A stretch of 64,000 nucleotides of DNA from Candidatus Bathyarchaeota archaeon (lineage in GTDB: Archaea > Thermoproteota > Bathyarchaeia > Bathyarchaeales > Bathycorpusculaceae). A program made the translations under genes and the position numbers. Positions 38,815-48,863 of this stretch are shown one piece after another. Numbering within the stretch: the stretch's first letter is position 1; each line of letters opens with the position of its first letter. Below the pieces are notes generated by a model. That model was not told the origin of the DNA. It searched no databases and worked only from the letters and a program-made list of their open reading frames with translations. The stretch lies in assembly GCA_963715865.1 (NCBI GenBank), contig OY970280.1, forward strand, positions 1,662,486 to 1,726,485, written 5' to 3'.

Positions 38815-39710
38815 ATTACTCCTTTTTCGATGTTTAGTTGGTATTGGACTTGTTCAAGACTCATGGCATAGCTGCATGACCCGCATAGTTCAATTGTACC
38901 GCGTTTTCCCGTTCTGTGCAGCTCACGCAAACCATCCATGCTACGCCAAACCTCAAGAACACTCTGTTTATTTACGTCTCCAACGATGTTTCTGCCGTTG
39001 GGGTCATAGCAGCACGCGCAGACTTCGCCGTTCCATAAGATAACCATGCAACCGTAAATCATGCTGCAGGGAACATCAATCGGGTTATTTGCGCAGTTGC
39101 CGTTGATGTCTTTGTTCGTTGTCAAATTATGGAATGAAATCAAACTGCCGTATTGCTGCGTGAGTAGGTCGCGCTCCAAGTCAGATATGATGTTTGCGGA
39201 CGCGCCTAAACTCACGGTTACGCCAGAGCCAGACAAAGCCTCAAGTAAACCGCGGAGCCGGTGCAAATTCTCTTTAGGCAAGCCAATGAGGCGCTCGTAG
39301 GTTTCGTCGAAGTAAGCGTAGGCGCTGAAAGACAAAAGCAAGTTTTTAACTGTCTTCAATTTTGCTATGACATTTTCATCGATGCAACTGAAGTTTGTTG
39401 GCACCGCGATTTTTGTATTTGGCAACTTCTCATTAATTTTTTGGAGAATAAGGTGCCAATCTGGGTTTAGGAAGAATTCGCCGTAATGCACAGGCACAAT
39501 TTCCCTGCAAGGCTGCTTCCAACTAGAGACCTCATCAAGAATTTTATCGATTAGTTGCATGCTCATTTTGCCTTTAGGACGCGTCATAGACCTGTAACCG
39601 CAGAACACGCATCGGGCATTGCAGAAGCCGTAGGTTTCAAGATGCAAATACGGGTATTCTAAAGGTTTTAAGGTATCACGGTAATATTCGGTGTACTCTT
39701 GACAATTCAT
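38811..39710 (-). CDS. Radical SAM/SPASM-domain protein
   Basis: CNARCVFC motif; C-terminal PC...GEVCACCYD...C..C. Confidence 0.88.
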   Translation of the reverse strand: MNCQEYTEYYRDTLKPLEYPYLHLETYGFCNARCVFCGYRSMTRPKGKMSMQLIDKILDEVSSWKQPCREIVPVHYGEFFLNPDWHLILQKINEKLPNTKIAVPTNFSCIDENVIAKLKTVKNLLLSFSAYAYFDETYERLIGLPKENLHRLRGLLEALSGSGVTVSLGASANIISDLERDLLTQQYGSLISFHNLTTNKDINGNCANNPIDVPCSMIYGCMVILWNGEVCACCYDPNGRNIVGDVNKQSVLEVWRSMDGLRELHRTGKRGTIELCGSCSYAMSLEQVQYQLNIEKGVI

Positions 39711-40705
39711 TGCCAGAACACCTTGTATTTTTCGCGGATGATTGCCCACGTGTTTTTTAACGCTGTTGCCCTAGCATTCAAACCCATTTCCGCAACTTTA
39801 TCAGGATTCTTTTGGAAAAACTTGATTTTCTCCGCGATTGCATCTGGACTTCTTATCGGCACCACAAACCCATCTACGCCTTCAGTGATTAATTCGTTGG
39901 CGCCTGCGCCTTCAGTCACAATCACAGGACGCCCATAACTCATAGCTTCCAACACAGGAATTCCGAAGCCTTCCGTCACAGACGGTTGCACGTAAACGCT
40001 TATTCTTTTGTAGAATTCTGCTGTATCGGGGATTACGCCTGCGCCGCCTAAACTTTCCGTGCCAGGTCCTGCCAGCCGCGCCTGAACATCGACTTGCTTG
40101 AGCGCTTGCACGTAATAGATTTGCCCTTTGTCAGGTCCGTTTACGCCAAGGTGTCCAACCGTGAATGTTTCGGGCATAGGCGGGATTTCTTTAGGCGGGT
40201 TGCATCCATGCGGAATAACTGTGTAATCGGAGATTCCGAGTTTCTGTTTGAGGTATTCGCCGCTTACTTTGCTGTGAACTATAACGGTGTCAGCGGTTGC
40301 GACGTGGCGCATGTACAACTGAAAAAGCGTTGGGTTGTTGAGGTGCGGATAAGGAAAATTGTAGCCGAGTTTTTGGTGTTCTTCTCGGCTTAATTCAATG
40401 TTGTGGGGTGCTACGTCAGCGATGATTTGTGCGCTGTGCCGCTGCCTAATGTTTAGCGTAGTTAAGGGAAAAGGGCTGCCGTAAATTACGGCTGTTTGTG
40501 CGTCAGGGCTGAAAAGGCTCGCAAAGTAGTCGTATAGGAAAGGCGATTCAGGCTGCTCATATAGTATGGGACTACATGTTTTAGCGTCTATGATCCAGTT
40601 TAGGCATGTGGATTCTTTGAGGGCTTGTATTATGTTTTGGCAGACTACGCCGCCGCCCGTGTCATTGCGGATTAAGGTGTTAGTGACGAAGCAACTGGAT
40701 TTCAT
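39707..40705 (-). CDS. GT4 glycosyltransferase
   Basis: VYVQPSVTEGFGIPVLEAMSYGRPVI. Confidence 0.9.
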   Translation of the reverse strand: MKSSCFVTNTLIRNDTGGGVVCQNIIQALKESTCLNWIIDAKTCSPILYEQPESPFLYDYFASLFSPDAQTAVIYGSPFPLTTLNIRQRHSAQIIADVAPHNIELSREEHQKLGYNFPYPHLNNPTLFQLYMRHVATADTVIVHSKVSGEYLKQKLGISDYTVIPHGCNPPKEIPPMPETFTVGHLGVNGPDKGQIYYVQALKQVDVQARLAGPGTESLGGAGVIPDTAEFYKRISVYVQPSVTEGFGIPVLEAMSYGRPVIVTEGAGANELITEGVDGFVVPIRSPDAIAEKIKFFQKNPDKVAEMGLNARATALKNTWAIIREKYKVFWQ

Positions 40706-40719
40706 TCAGTTTTTGCCTC

Positions 40720-41418
40720 TTAGATTGAAAGAACCGACACTTCCCCGCTTGTCTTAACCTTCATTTGTCCTGCATGACTAAATTTTACGTCAGTGAACAC
40801 TTTTGTTTCGTAACCATATTTTTTGGCTAACATGCAAAAATAAAAGTCCTCTGAAGGCGCTATCTGATCCCATACGAACCATGGTTCAGGGATTTTCTCG
40901 AAGACTTCACGTTTTATGAGGATGAAGCCGAATCCTGTGACGTCTACAGGTATCCAGTTGCTTCCCTTTATCCATTCATTGATGGCTGCGAAGTGGTTGT
41001 GGTCGCCTATGTCCATCCACATGGCGTAAGGGTTGCCCTGGGCTTGTTTAGCACGGTACAAGGCGCCTGCAATCGGAGCGTTTAAACTGAGCAGTTGACG
41101 CAAGGACTGATTAATGTCTGTCGGCGACTCAGGAATCATGTCAGAATCCACAAACAACAGGTGCGTCACATTCGGGTTTGCTAACGCATCTTTCACCATT
41201 TGATTCCGCGTTGTGTCAAGCGGTGCGCCGCGGCTGATTATGGTGACTTTGTCGAAGTCAGGTTGAGCCGTGTATTTTAATGGAGTATAGGTGGTTTCTG
41301 CCCATTCTAATGTGACGTTGCCTTCATGGGGAATGCAGATGCAGATTAAGGGTTTTTGCTGTTGTTTATTGTTGAAACCGCTGCTTTTTTCATTCTCGAT
41401 TTTCTCGTTCCATGCCAT
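40720..41418 (-). CDS. GT2-like glycosyltransferase
   Basis: TRNQMV...THLLFVDSDM...VDVTGFGFILIKREVF...SEDFYFC. Confidence 0.82.
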   Translation of the reverse strand: MAWNEKIENEKSSGFNNKQQQKPLICICIPHEGNVTLEWAETTYTPLKYTAQPDFDKVTIISRGAPLDTTRNQMVKDALANPNVTHLLFVDSDMIPESPTDINQSLRQLLSLNAPIAGALYRAKQAQGNPYAMWMDIGDHNHFAAINEWIKGSNWIPVDVTGFGFILIKREVFEKIPEPWFVWDQIAPSEDFYFCMLAKKYGYETKVFTDVKFSHAGQMKVKTSGEVSVLSI

Positions 41419-41434
41419 AAATAATCAACCTCAT

Positions 41435-42145
41435 CTAAAACTGTATCCACGCCGTTGGAGCACCACCGCCTCCAGACGCAAAGAAAGTGGCGATGCAACC
41501 AGCAAACCCATCGATACTGTCAGGGTCATCAACACTGCTACTTGCGGTTCCAGTTGAAGAAACAATTTTCTCTAAATATGCATTTCCAAGGTTAGGCGAT
41601 ACTTGTACCCCGTCAAGCAATGTAAAACCATTAGCTGGATTTGACAAATTGCCATAGGCTTCTGCTGCTACACTTCCAATCCATAATTCGTTAGCTTGTG
41701 TCGTTGCAGACGTTGTGCCAGTGTCCATTATTTTGGGGTTTGATATTGCGAAATTGCTTGCTGTTTGGTCAAGAAAACTGCTTGTTGCCACTCCACTGTA
41801 CTCGCAAATATTAGCAACAGAAGCATAACTTGGAGTTCCTGACAAGTTCACGGTAATATTTTTAGATGCACCTGAACCAACTACTCCTAACCATATTTCA
41901 GAATCCAGCCAAAAATGACCATCACCATACGGATAACCATTGATGCTTTTCTGTTTAGTCCATGCCACATTGGTTTGGCTGATGCTTGAAACAGTTACAG
42001 CACCATTATAATCCGATATGCCTATCGTGGCTATCAAAACGTTTCCTGAGGCAGGCGTGTTAGTCATAGACGGTGAAATCGAACTGCCACTTCCAACTGC
42101 ATGACCATTAGTGGAGCCGTCGCCTTGAACCCGCGTTATAGTCAT
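41435..42145 (-). CDS. Ser/Thr-rich virion structural protein
   Basis: Beta-rich, downstream of capsid genes (MTITRVQG...AGNVLIA...WTKQ). Confidence 0.55.
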   Translation of the reverse strand: MTITRVQGDGSTNGHAVGSGSSISPSMTNTPASGNVLIATIGISDYNGAVTVSSISQTNVAWTKQKSINGYPYGDGHFWLDSEIWLGVVGSGASKNITVNLSGTPSYASVANICEYSGVATSSFLDQTASNFAISNPKIMDTGTTSATTQANELWIGSVAAEAYGNLSNPANGFTLLDGVQVSPNLGNAYLEKIVSSTGTASSSVDDPDSIDGFAGCIATFFASGGGGAPTAWIQF

Positions 42146-42170
42146 TTAGTTTCCCCAGTCCATTTAATAA

Positions 42171-44012
42171 TTATACGCCATGAAAGTTATCTGCGCTGAA
42201 ACGAGCAGCCGCCTTTCCATAAAGCAAATTCAAATTATTACCTAGAAACACGTATTTCGCTAAGAAACTTGTTGTTGGGTCACCTGCCAGAACGTAGCCT
42301 TGACCGCTGTTAACTGCGACGCCTCCAAGGTAAACCATGTTTGACAGCGCCAAGGAAAGGTCTGCCCGTTTACACGCTACCGATGGAAACTGAGTGCCGC
42401 TTGTGCCGACTAAAATTATGTTTCCTGTTACGGAACCATAAGCCTGCGAGTAATCATTGCAAATTTGCCCTGACATAGTCGCTGTGATTTGCGTAACAAC
42501 TGCACCTGAAAGCACCGTTACTATACTTCCAGATAACACAGTTATAGCGCCACTAATCGAAACGATGTTTCCTGAAACATTAGCGACAACGTTTGCTGAT
42601 GCGATGTTAGCCATTGTGCCTGAAGCTAAACTGACAGTTTGACCTGAAATTAACACGCCGACTCCAGAGGCAACGAACAATCCTGATAAAGTTGCAGTCG
42701 GCAAAGAAATGAATTGCCCTGACAGCGTAGCGACGGGTTGTTGAACGAACGCTCCTGAAGCAACCGCCACCATTTGCCCGCTAATCAATACACCTACACC
42801 TGACCCAACAGTGACAGCTAATCCAGATGCAACCACTAGTCCAGATTGAGTAGAAACAGGCAAAGATATGCTAAGTCCAGAAGCTAAATAGGCACCTGAA
42901 GCAACCGAAACAGTTTGACCGCTAATTAAAACGCCTAAGCCTGAATTAACGGATACTGAAGCGTTAACGTATAGTCCTGACGCAACCTGAACTGTTTGCC
43001 CAGAAATTAAAACTCCAAGCCCTGAGTTTACCGAAACAGCAGCATTAACGTATAATCCAGATGCAAGATAAACGCCTGAGCCAACAGCAACTGTTTGTCC
43101 ACTGATTAACACGCCGAGTCCAGAGTTGATGGAAACTGCCGCGTTCACGTAGGACCCTGAAGCGACTGTTACAATGTTTCCACTTACATTAACAGCATTA
43201 CCAGAAATAGACGTTGAGGGCACAGTTACGTTCAAACCCGATGCAACAACCAATCCCGAAAGAGTGGCTGTTGGCACTCTTACGTTTGCGCCTGACGCAA
43301 CCTGAACTGTTTGCCCAGAAATTAAAACTCCAAGCCCTGAGTTTACCGAAACAGCAGCATTAACGTATAATCCAGATGCAAGATAAACGCCTGAGCCAAC
43401 AGCAACTGTTTGTCCACTGATTAACACGCCGAGTCCAGAGTTGATGGAAACTGCCGCGTTCACGTAGGACCCTGAAGCGACTGTTACAATGTTTCCACTT
43501 ACATTAACAGCATTACCAGAAATAGACGTTGAGGGCACAGTTACGTTCAAACCCGATGCAACAACCAATCCCGAAAGAGTGGCTGTTGGTAGACTAATAA
43601 ATTGCCCAGACTGTGTTGAAACGGGTAATGCAACGTTTAATCCTGATGCTAAGTAGCCGCCTGAAGTTAAAGTAACGTTTTGTCCACTGACTTGAACGAT
43701 GTTTCCGCTGACAGATGTTTGGACTGTTCCGCTGACTATGACGGCGCCGCTGACCTGTCCGCCTTGATTTGCTACTGTGACGATTTGACCGCTAACAGCA
43801 ACAACATTACCGCTTACTGATGTACCGACAATTTGCCCAGAGACCTGCACGATTGCACCTGAAACCGCTGGACTAACAATATTTCCCTGTCCATCCTGAA
43901 CAGCAACAACTTCAGATTGCACATTACTGGTGCCTACTGTATTCTGGATTGTGCGCATTAAGACGCCGCTTGTAGGCTGCGCACCAATTTGAATCCTAGT
44001 GTCTATGCTCAT
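42171..44012 (-). CDS. 613-aa repetitive Val/Ser/Gly-rich virion fibre/spike candidate
   Basis: Dozens of xSG(Q/N/L) turns; 105-aa internal duplication; follows the MCP. Confidence 0.6.
   Translation of the reverse strand: MSIDTRIQIGAQPTSGVLMRTIQNTVGTSNVQSEVVAVQDGQGNIVSPAVSGAIVQVSGQIVGTSVSGNVVAVSGQIVTVANQGGQVSGAVIVSGTVQTSVSGNIVQVSGQNVTLTSGGYLASGLNVALPVSTQSGQFISLPTATLSGLVVASGLNVTVPSTSISGNAVNVSGNIVTVASGSYVNAAVSINSGLGVLISGQTVAVGSGVYLASGLYVNAAVSVNSGLGVLISGQTVQVASGANVRVPTATLSGLVVASGLNVTVPSTSISGNAVNVSGNIVTVASGSYVNAAVSINSGLGVLISGQTVAVGSGVYLASGLYVNAAVSVNSGLGVLISGQTVQVASGLYVNASVSVNSGLGVLISGQTVSVASGAYLASGLSISLPVSTQSGLVVASGLAVTVGSGVGVLISGQMVAVASGAFVQQPVATLSGQFISLPTATLSGLFVASGVGVLISGQTVSLASGTMANIASANVVANVSGNIVSISGAITVLSGSIVTVLSGAVVTQITATMSGQICNDYSQAYGSVTGNIILVGTSGTQFPSVACKRADLSLALSNMVYLGGVAVNSGQGYVLAGDPTTSFLAKYVFLGNNLNLLYGKAAARFSADNFHGV
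42976..43589. repeat. Two identical 299-bp direct repeats (42976-43274 and 43291-43589), period 315 bp
   Basis: Direct comparison of both copies. Confidence 0.88.
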
Positions 44013-44113
44013 TTCGTTTTGTTCCTAAAGTTACTTTAAATTGTTGGGGAAAGCCTCAGTTTAAAGATGAGGCAAAGAAAATAATTCGCTATTACTGTTT
44101 ACATTCACTAAGG

Positions 44114-45055
44114 TTAACTTGTTGATAATCCCTGTACTTCCACGATTGCTTCTCCATACGTCACAACCGGCGCATATCTTGTCGTCAACGTTACGTCTAC
44201 AGAGTCAAATTCCTTCTTAATTTCAACATCACTCATCAATGGGCGTTTGATTACGAAGAAACCCAACGGCGAATAAGCTGCGCTCACGTTTTTGCCTGTG
44301 CTGATAACGAACGCGTTTCCTACTGGAACAACCATGCTGATAACAACGTCCATGCCGAAGATAGTGCCGATTTTGCCCGTCTGCGTCGGCGGCTGACCCG
44401 CTGCGCCTTCATTGCCGAATTGCGCCCAAAGGCTGAATTGCGGTAGGAACATGACGTCTCGCGAGTTCACCGGGTTAAGCAAGATTGTATCTGGCTCTAA
44501 ACTGTAGGTTTCAATGACTGCTTTAGCCTGCAAAATGTCTTTAGAGCCAAGTGTGCCTGCAACGGTGAATGCTGAGCCTGTGGATCCTAAGCTTCCGCCG
44601 CCTGCGCTGAAAATGTTTGCTGATGCTCCGCCGACTCCGCCTGCTGCGCCGCATGCGTTCTTTATAACGGTCATGCAGTCATTGTCGATCGTGTAGGCCA
44701 TGCGCCTTGCTAATCTGCGCAGTTGGTCCTCGATTACGGGTATGTAGAGGTCTTCGATGTTTTCTCTGGTTATGCGTTCACGTAAGCCTTTCTTGTACGG
44801 CGTAGTTGTGATGTACGCATAGGGCGTAAAATCAAGCGGTACTTCGGCGCCTTCGCCCACTTCGCTGATTGTAGCTGCTCTGCTGCCAGATTGCTTCACG
44901 AAAGTTGCGGTTCTTCCTGCAACCAACGGAAACTCCGGGAACAGTTTTTTGATTACTAGCGCGGGCATGGTTAACTCGATGATTTTCTGGTGCAACGCGG
45001 GATACGCTATTGCGCCTGTGTCATACCATGTGAATGCATTTTCGTTTAATGCCAT
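44114..45055 (-). CDS. HK97-fold major capsid protein
   Basis: ATISEVGEGAEVP, YKKGLRERITRE...DQL, ILLNP, GKIGTIFGMDVV, TTRYAPVV. Confidence 0.9.
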   Translation of the reverse strand: MALNENAFTWYDTGAIAYPALHQKIIELTMPALVIKKLFPEFPLVAGRTATFVKQSGSRAATISEVGEGAEVPLDFTPYAYITTTPYKKGLRERITRENIEDLYIPVIEDQLRRLARRMAYTIDNDCMTVIKNACGAAGGVGGASANIFSAGGGSLGSTGSAFTVAGTLGSKDILQAKAVIETYSLEPDTILLNPVNSRDVMFLPQFSLWAQFGNEGAAGQPPTQTGKIGTIFGMDVVISMVVPVGNAFVISTGKNVSAAYSPLGFFVIKRPLMSDVEIKKEFDSVDVTLTTRYAPVVTYGEAIVEVQGLSTS

Positions 45056-45080
45056 TTTCTATCAGTTCTCCATGTTGTTT

Positions 45081-45584
45081 TTAGGGTTCAAAGAGTATGT
45101 AGATTGTGCTGCCTGAGACTGCTGCCGCGGTCGTTAATGCTTTGCCGATGACAGTGCTATTATAATTGTTTATGAAAGGCCCGAAGCCTGAAGAAACTAC
45201 GTAGCCTGAGTTTGTGTTGACTAAGAGCCCGCTTACAAGTGCGTTTGTTATTGGAGGCAAAGTTTTCACGGTAGCTATGTACGCTGAAGAAGTTACAAGT
45301 AAGTCGCCTGCTGTCACTGCTGTACCGTCAGTTATTACCCTGCAAACACCTCTGGCGACAACGGTAACGACTTGCCCTGAAACTTGAGTGCCCAACGCGA
45401 TACCCATCACGTTTGCAGCATACGCGTTCGGAGTAGGAATAGCGATTGGCGGATAAACAGCGCTTGAGGTAGTTGCGATTGATACGACTTGACCCATAGT
45501 TATGGCTGCGCCAGCGATTGCACTGATTAAGTAGCGGTCTTGAACTAGCGGTGTGGTTCCTTCAAAAATTCCTGTAACTGACAT
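45081..45584 (-). CDS. Capsid decoration/cement protein
   Basis: AGAAITMGQVV...VMGIA...VTVVARGV...AGDLL; lies between protease and MCP. Confidence 0.7.
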   Translation of the reverse strand: MSVTGIFEGTTPLVQDRYLISAIAGAAITMGQVVSIATTSSAVYPPIAIPTPNAYAANVMGIALGTQVSGQVVTVVARGVCRVITDGTAVTAGDLLVTSSAYIATVKTLPPITNALVSGLLVNTNSGYVVSSGFGPFINNYNSTVIGKALTTAAAVSGSTIYILFEP

Positions 45585-46738
45585 TATTGTATTCCTACCA
45601 TTTTCTTGTTCGCTTTAAGCAAATCTTTGAACCAGCCATATTGCCCAGCGTCAGTTTTCACTGCCATCTCGTCAGTCGGGATTACGCCTGCGCCATGAGA
45701 TGCGCGTTTCGCTTCAGCAGGTTTATCGCAACCTTCCGCTTCGCCCTCAGCATCAGCATCAGCTTTCTTGCCTTTTTTGGCTTCAGCTTCCGCATCTGCT
45801 TCGCCTTCAGCTTCGCCGTCGCCTGATTCGTCAAGTTGCTTTTTCAACGCGGCTATTTTCTTGCCGACGCGTGCCCTAAACTTTTTCAAGTCATCAACAG
45901 AAGCGTTCTTGTTTCCGCTTCCGCCAACGCTTTTAATTGAGTCGCTTAAGCTTTCGATCTGGCCCATGATGTCTTCGTAAGTTACGTCTTTGCCTGCGCC
46001 TTCGCCGTCTGTAACGTTTACTACTGCTGCCTGTTGTGGAGAAGCAACTTGTTCACCATCTAATTTGGTAGACATGTGCTTCACATCCTTTTCTGCTTTT
46101 AATTTTGTTTTGTCGTCGGGTTCTTGCACCTCACGGTTAGAGCCCCCATCCTTGTTACTATTAAGTGACTGTGAATCCGTAATTTTTTTAGTTGCCGCAT
46201 TCCACTGATCCTCATTCATAGCCGCCGCAAACCCAACAGGCTTAAACGCCGTATTCTCATACGCAGGCGAAGCAACAATGCTGAGCTCACGAACTTTCGG
46301 GTGATGAACAATCTCCCATGCACCCGGGCAAAGGTGAATGAGCATACCTTCGCTGCGGCTGTTCTGTTTGCATTTTGAGCATTCTACGTCGTCTGAATCC
46401 ACTTGAACGCTTACGTGGTTGACGTAGTTGTGCAGGATTTTCTCTATGAGTTTTTCGTCGCCGACTTCAGCGCGAAACAGGACCTGGTCGCCGCTTCGTT
46501 CGGCCTTAGCTACTTTACCCATAACCATCAACGCAGACTCCGCATGATCCACCCGAAGCTGCGCCCCAATTAAACTGCTAGTAAAGTAATCTAGATCTTC
46601 AGAGGGCACTTGCCATTTGTTGCTGTTTACTGAAGTGTCGATGGCTACGCCTTCAATATTTATGAGTTTATTTTGTAGGGCATATTGTGCGTCTACGCCT
46701 TCAGCCGCTTTAAACTGCACAAAATATTGTAGTTTCAT
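45584..46738 (-). CDS. Prohead protease + scaffold
   Basis: IEGVA...VDH...HVSV...ELSIVASPAYENT, acidic/coiled-coil tail. Confidence 0.85.
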   Translation of the reverse strand: MKLQYFVQFKAAEGVDAQYALQNKLINIEGVAIDTSVNSNKWQVPSEDLDYFTSSLIGAQLRVDHAESALMVMGKVAKAERSGDQVLFRAEVGDEKLIEKILHNYVNHVSVQVDSDDVECSKCKQNSRSEGMLIHLCPGAWEIVHHPKVRELSIVASPAYENTAFKPVGFAAAMNEDQWNAATKKITDSQSLNSNKDGGSNREVQEPDDKTKLKAEKDVKHMSTKLDGEQVASPQQAAVVNVTDGEGAGKDVTYEDIMGQIESLSDSIKSVGGSGNKNASVDDLKKFRARVGKKIAALKKQLDESGDGEAEGEADAEAEAKKGKKADADAEGEAEGCDKPAEAKRASHGAGVIPTDEMAVKTDAGQYGWFKDLLKANKKMVGIQ

Positions 46739-46846
46739 GATTTAAGTCACTTTGAAAAGACTTATGTTGAGATTCTTGACTATATATAAAGGTGAAATTT
46801 GGCTTTTCTGCCAGTTAATGAAACAAAGCAAAGAGACGAAAACTGA

Positions 46847-47008
46847 ATGAAATACACAGTGAAAGAGAGACTCAACATTTTAGTTTGGTGGACAATAGTT
46901 TTATGTATAGCTGTTCCAATCGGTTTATTTTGGAATTTCTGGGCAGGCTTCGCTATTAGTACAGTTTCTTCTATTAGTTGGGTTTTATGGTATATTTTTA
47001 GGACATAA
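46847..47008 (+). CDS. 53-aa two-TM membrane moron
   Basis: Manual ORF MKYTVKERLNILVWWTIVLCIAVPIGLFWNFWAGF...; AT-rich, counter-oriented. Confidence 0.45.
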   Translation: MKYTVKERLNILVWWTIVLCIAVPIGLFWNFWAGFAISTVSSISWVLWYIFRT

Positions 47009-47010
47009 CT

Positions 47011-47706
47011 TTATTCTTTTTGATTTTTGAAGTTTCGTTGCGTCTTATAACCCCGATAAAACTCGCGAACCATCTGCTCTTCACCAACAAACAAATCCGC
47101 AGCATGCAAACATTTCACGCGAGTATCAACATAAACCTTATAGCCGTTTTGGGCGGCTTTCCAGCAGAAATAAAAGTCTTCCCCGCAACCCAGTGAAGTT
47201 TTAAACCAAGGCTCAGGCATTTTCAGGAAAACGTCGCGGTTAACCAGCATGAAACCGAAACCTGTCGCGTCAACTTCGACAAGTTTGTCATGCGGATAAT
47301 TCTTAGCAAATTCAACGTCCCAATCAACGTCAACGCCCTCTTGCAACTTCCAAGGCGCCGAACGGTCTTTTCTTCTTACCACCATTGACGTGTAAGGCGG
47401 ACGCCTATCATAATACAAACCTGCAACGATAGGAAGCGAATCCAAGTACAGTTTAACTAAGCCATCATCGGGCGGCAGCACATCATCATCCAAGAATAGG
47501 AGGTATTCGGCGCCCCATGCCAAAGCTTCATGGACAGATGCGTTGCGTGCGTTGTCGAGTGGGAACATGGTGTTGAAGCTCCAGCGCACGTTTTCAGGAT
47601 GCGCCAAGAGGCACGCTTGTGTGAGTTGAGAGCCGAAGGATAGGCACCATTCAGGTTTAAGCTGTCGGCGCGTGCAGACTGCTATGTTGATTTTGCCAAC
47701 TTGCAA
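47011..47706 (-). CDS. GT2-like glycosyltransferase (paralog of 40720-41418)
   Basis: DNARN...YLLFLDDD...VDATGFGFMLVNRDVF...GEDFYFC. Confidence 0.82.
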   Translation of the reverse strand: MQVGKINIAVCTRRQLKPEWCLSFGSQLTQACLLAHPENVRWSFNTMFPLDNARNASVHEALAWGAEYLLFLDDDVLPPDDGLVKLYLDSLPIVAGLYYDRRPPYTSMVVRRKDRSAPWKLQEGVDVDWDVEFAKNYPHDKLVEVDATGFGFMLVNRDVFLKMPEPWFKTSLGCGEDFYFCWKAAQNGYKVYVDTRVKCLHAADLFVGEEQMVREFYRGYKTQRNFKNQKE

Positions 47707-47814
47707 TTAAATAGCCTTCACTACGCAACCAACAGGTTTCCCAGCTTTTACGCATGCCTCATAACTTGGCGGAAAAGTACATTCAGCATTTATGAAAGGG
47801 CACTTCATTTTTTA

Positions 47815-48171
47815 TTACCTTAAGTTTTTAACTTGGATAACTGCGTTTCGATACGCATAGAAAGCGTCACTGTTGCCCAGCATACTTTTCTTTTCTTCAG
47901 CGACTTCGTGGCCATATTTTTTCATGGCTGCTTTAACGCGTTTCTGCATGAGAGCCCATTCTGCAGGTGTATAGCCGCCTTTCGTTCTGTTCTCAGGCTT
48001 ATTGATGTAACTCCATGCCGCCATCACATGCTCTTTATCGATGGGGTATTTGTGATTTACGGGATCAGCGAAGTCGGTGTCTGAAATATTCTTGTACTCG
48101 CTGGGTTTAGATTTATGGCCTTGCTCTTTTTCTGTGATTGCCATTAAGGTTTTTCCCATTAAAAAACTCAT
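47815..48171 (-). CDS. Small head-module protein (DUF6582-like)
   Basis: DFADPVNHKYPIDKEHVMAAWSYI. Confidence 0.6.
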   Translation of the reverse strand: MSFLMGKTLMAITEKEQGHKSKPSEYKNISDTDFADPVNHKYPIDKEHVMAAWSYINKPENRTKGGYTPAEWALMQKRVKAAMKKYGHEVAEEKKSMLGNSDAFYAYRNAVIQVKNLR

Positions 48172-48198
48172 TTTAAATTATCTCCTGGTACCGTGAAA

Positions 48199-48516
48199 TT
48201 AACTGATTTTTGAAACTTCCATATAAGCCCGCAACGCTGCATTACGGTACTCATTGAACACATGGAAATCCATTGCTGTAAGGGTTTCTTGTTTAACGTG
48301 TTTTTCAAGCCATGCTTTAGCTTCTTGAGCGCTTTTGAAAACTGCTCGGTCAAAAATGTAGTTGTGGATTGCCATGCGGTTTGACCCTTTAACCTGTCCA
48401 AAAGTGACTTTTACGCCTTTATCGACGGCGCGAACGTTAACTTTGCCGAAGTGGCATGCAGCCTTTATTATGAAGCGGTATTCTTTGGGGTTTTCAGTTA
48501 TGGTTATTTCAGACAT
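48199..48516 (-). CDS. Viral hypothetical protein
   Basis: Late operon ORF. Confidence 0.55.
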   Translation of the reverse strand: MSEITITENPKEYRFIIKAACHFGKVNVRAVDKGVKVTFGQVKGSNRMAIHNYIFDRAVFKSAQEAKAWLEKHVKQETLTAMDFHVFNEYRNAALRAYMEVSKIS

Positions 48517-48542
48517 CTTGTTTTCAATCCTAAATTAATTTG

Positions 48543-48863
48543 TTAATAGTAAACGTCTTCATCTCTCACAATCCCGCAAACACAATGCGGATGCCAATTC
48601 ACCGCGAAAGTATCCTCATCAAGCCACTCGCCATACGGAAACATATCAAGCAAGTCATCCGGGTCCTCAAGCTCAAAGAAATCTCCAGACCTGCTATCGC
48701 AATCTTCACATAAATTAGGAGAAGGCGCCAACGCCTCTGTTACGTAACGCCAAACCGAATAGTGAATCGCAGGATTAACCACAGCGGCCTTAAATGCTGT
48801 GAAAGCGTGAAAAGCTGCCACAAGAGGCAAAACCTCATTAAGCTCTTGAACGGTAAGGCTCAA
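48543..48863 (-). CDS. Minor head protein (MuF/gp7 C-terminal-like)
   Basis: LCEDC...HPHCVC; follows the portal gene. Confidence 0.65.
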   Translation of the reverse strand: MSLTVQELNEVLPLVAAFHAFTAFKAAVVNPAIHYSVWRYVTEALAPSPNLCEDCDSRSGDFFELEDPDDLLDMFPYGEWLDEDTFAVNWHPHCVCGIVRDEDVYY

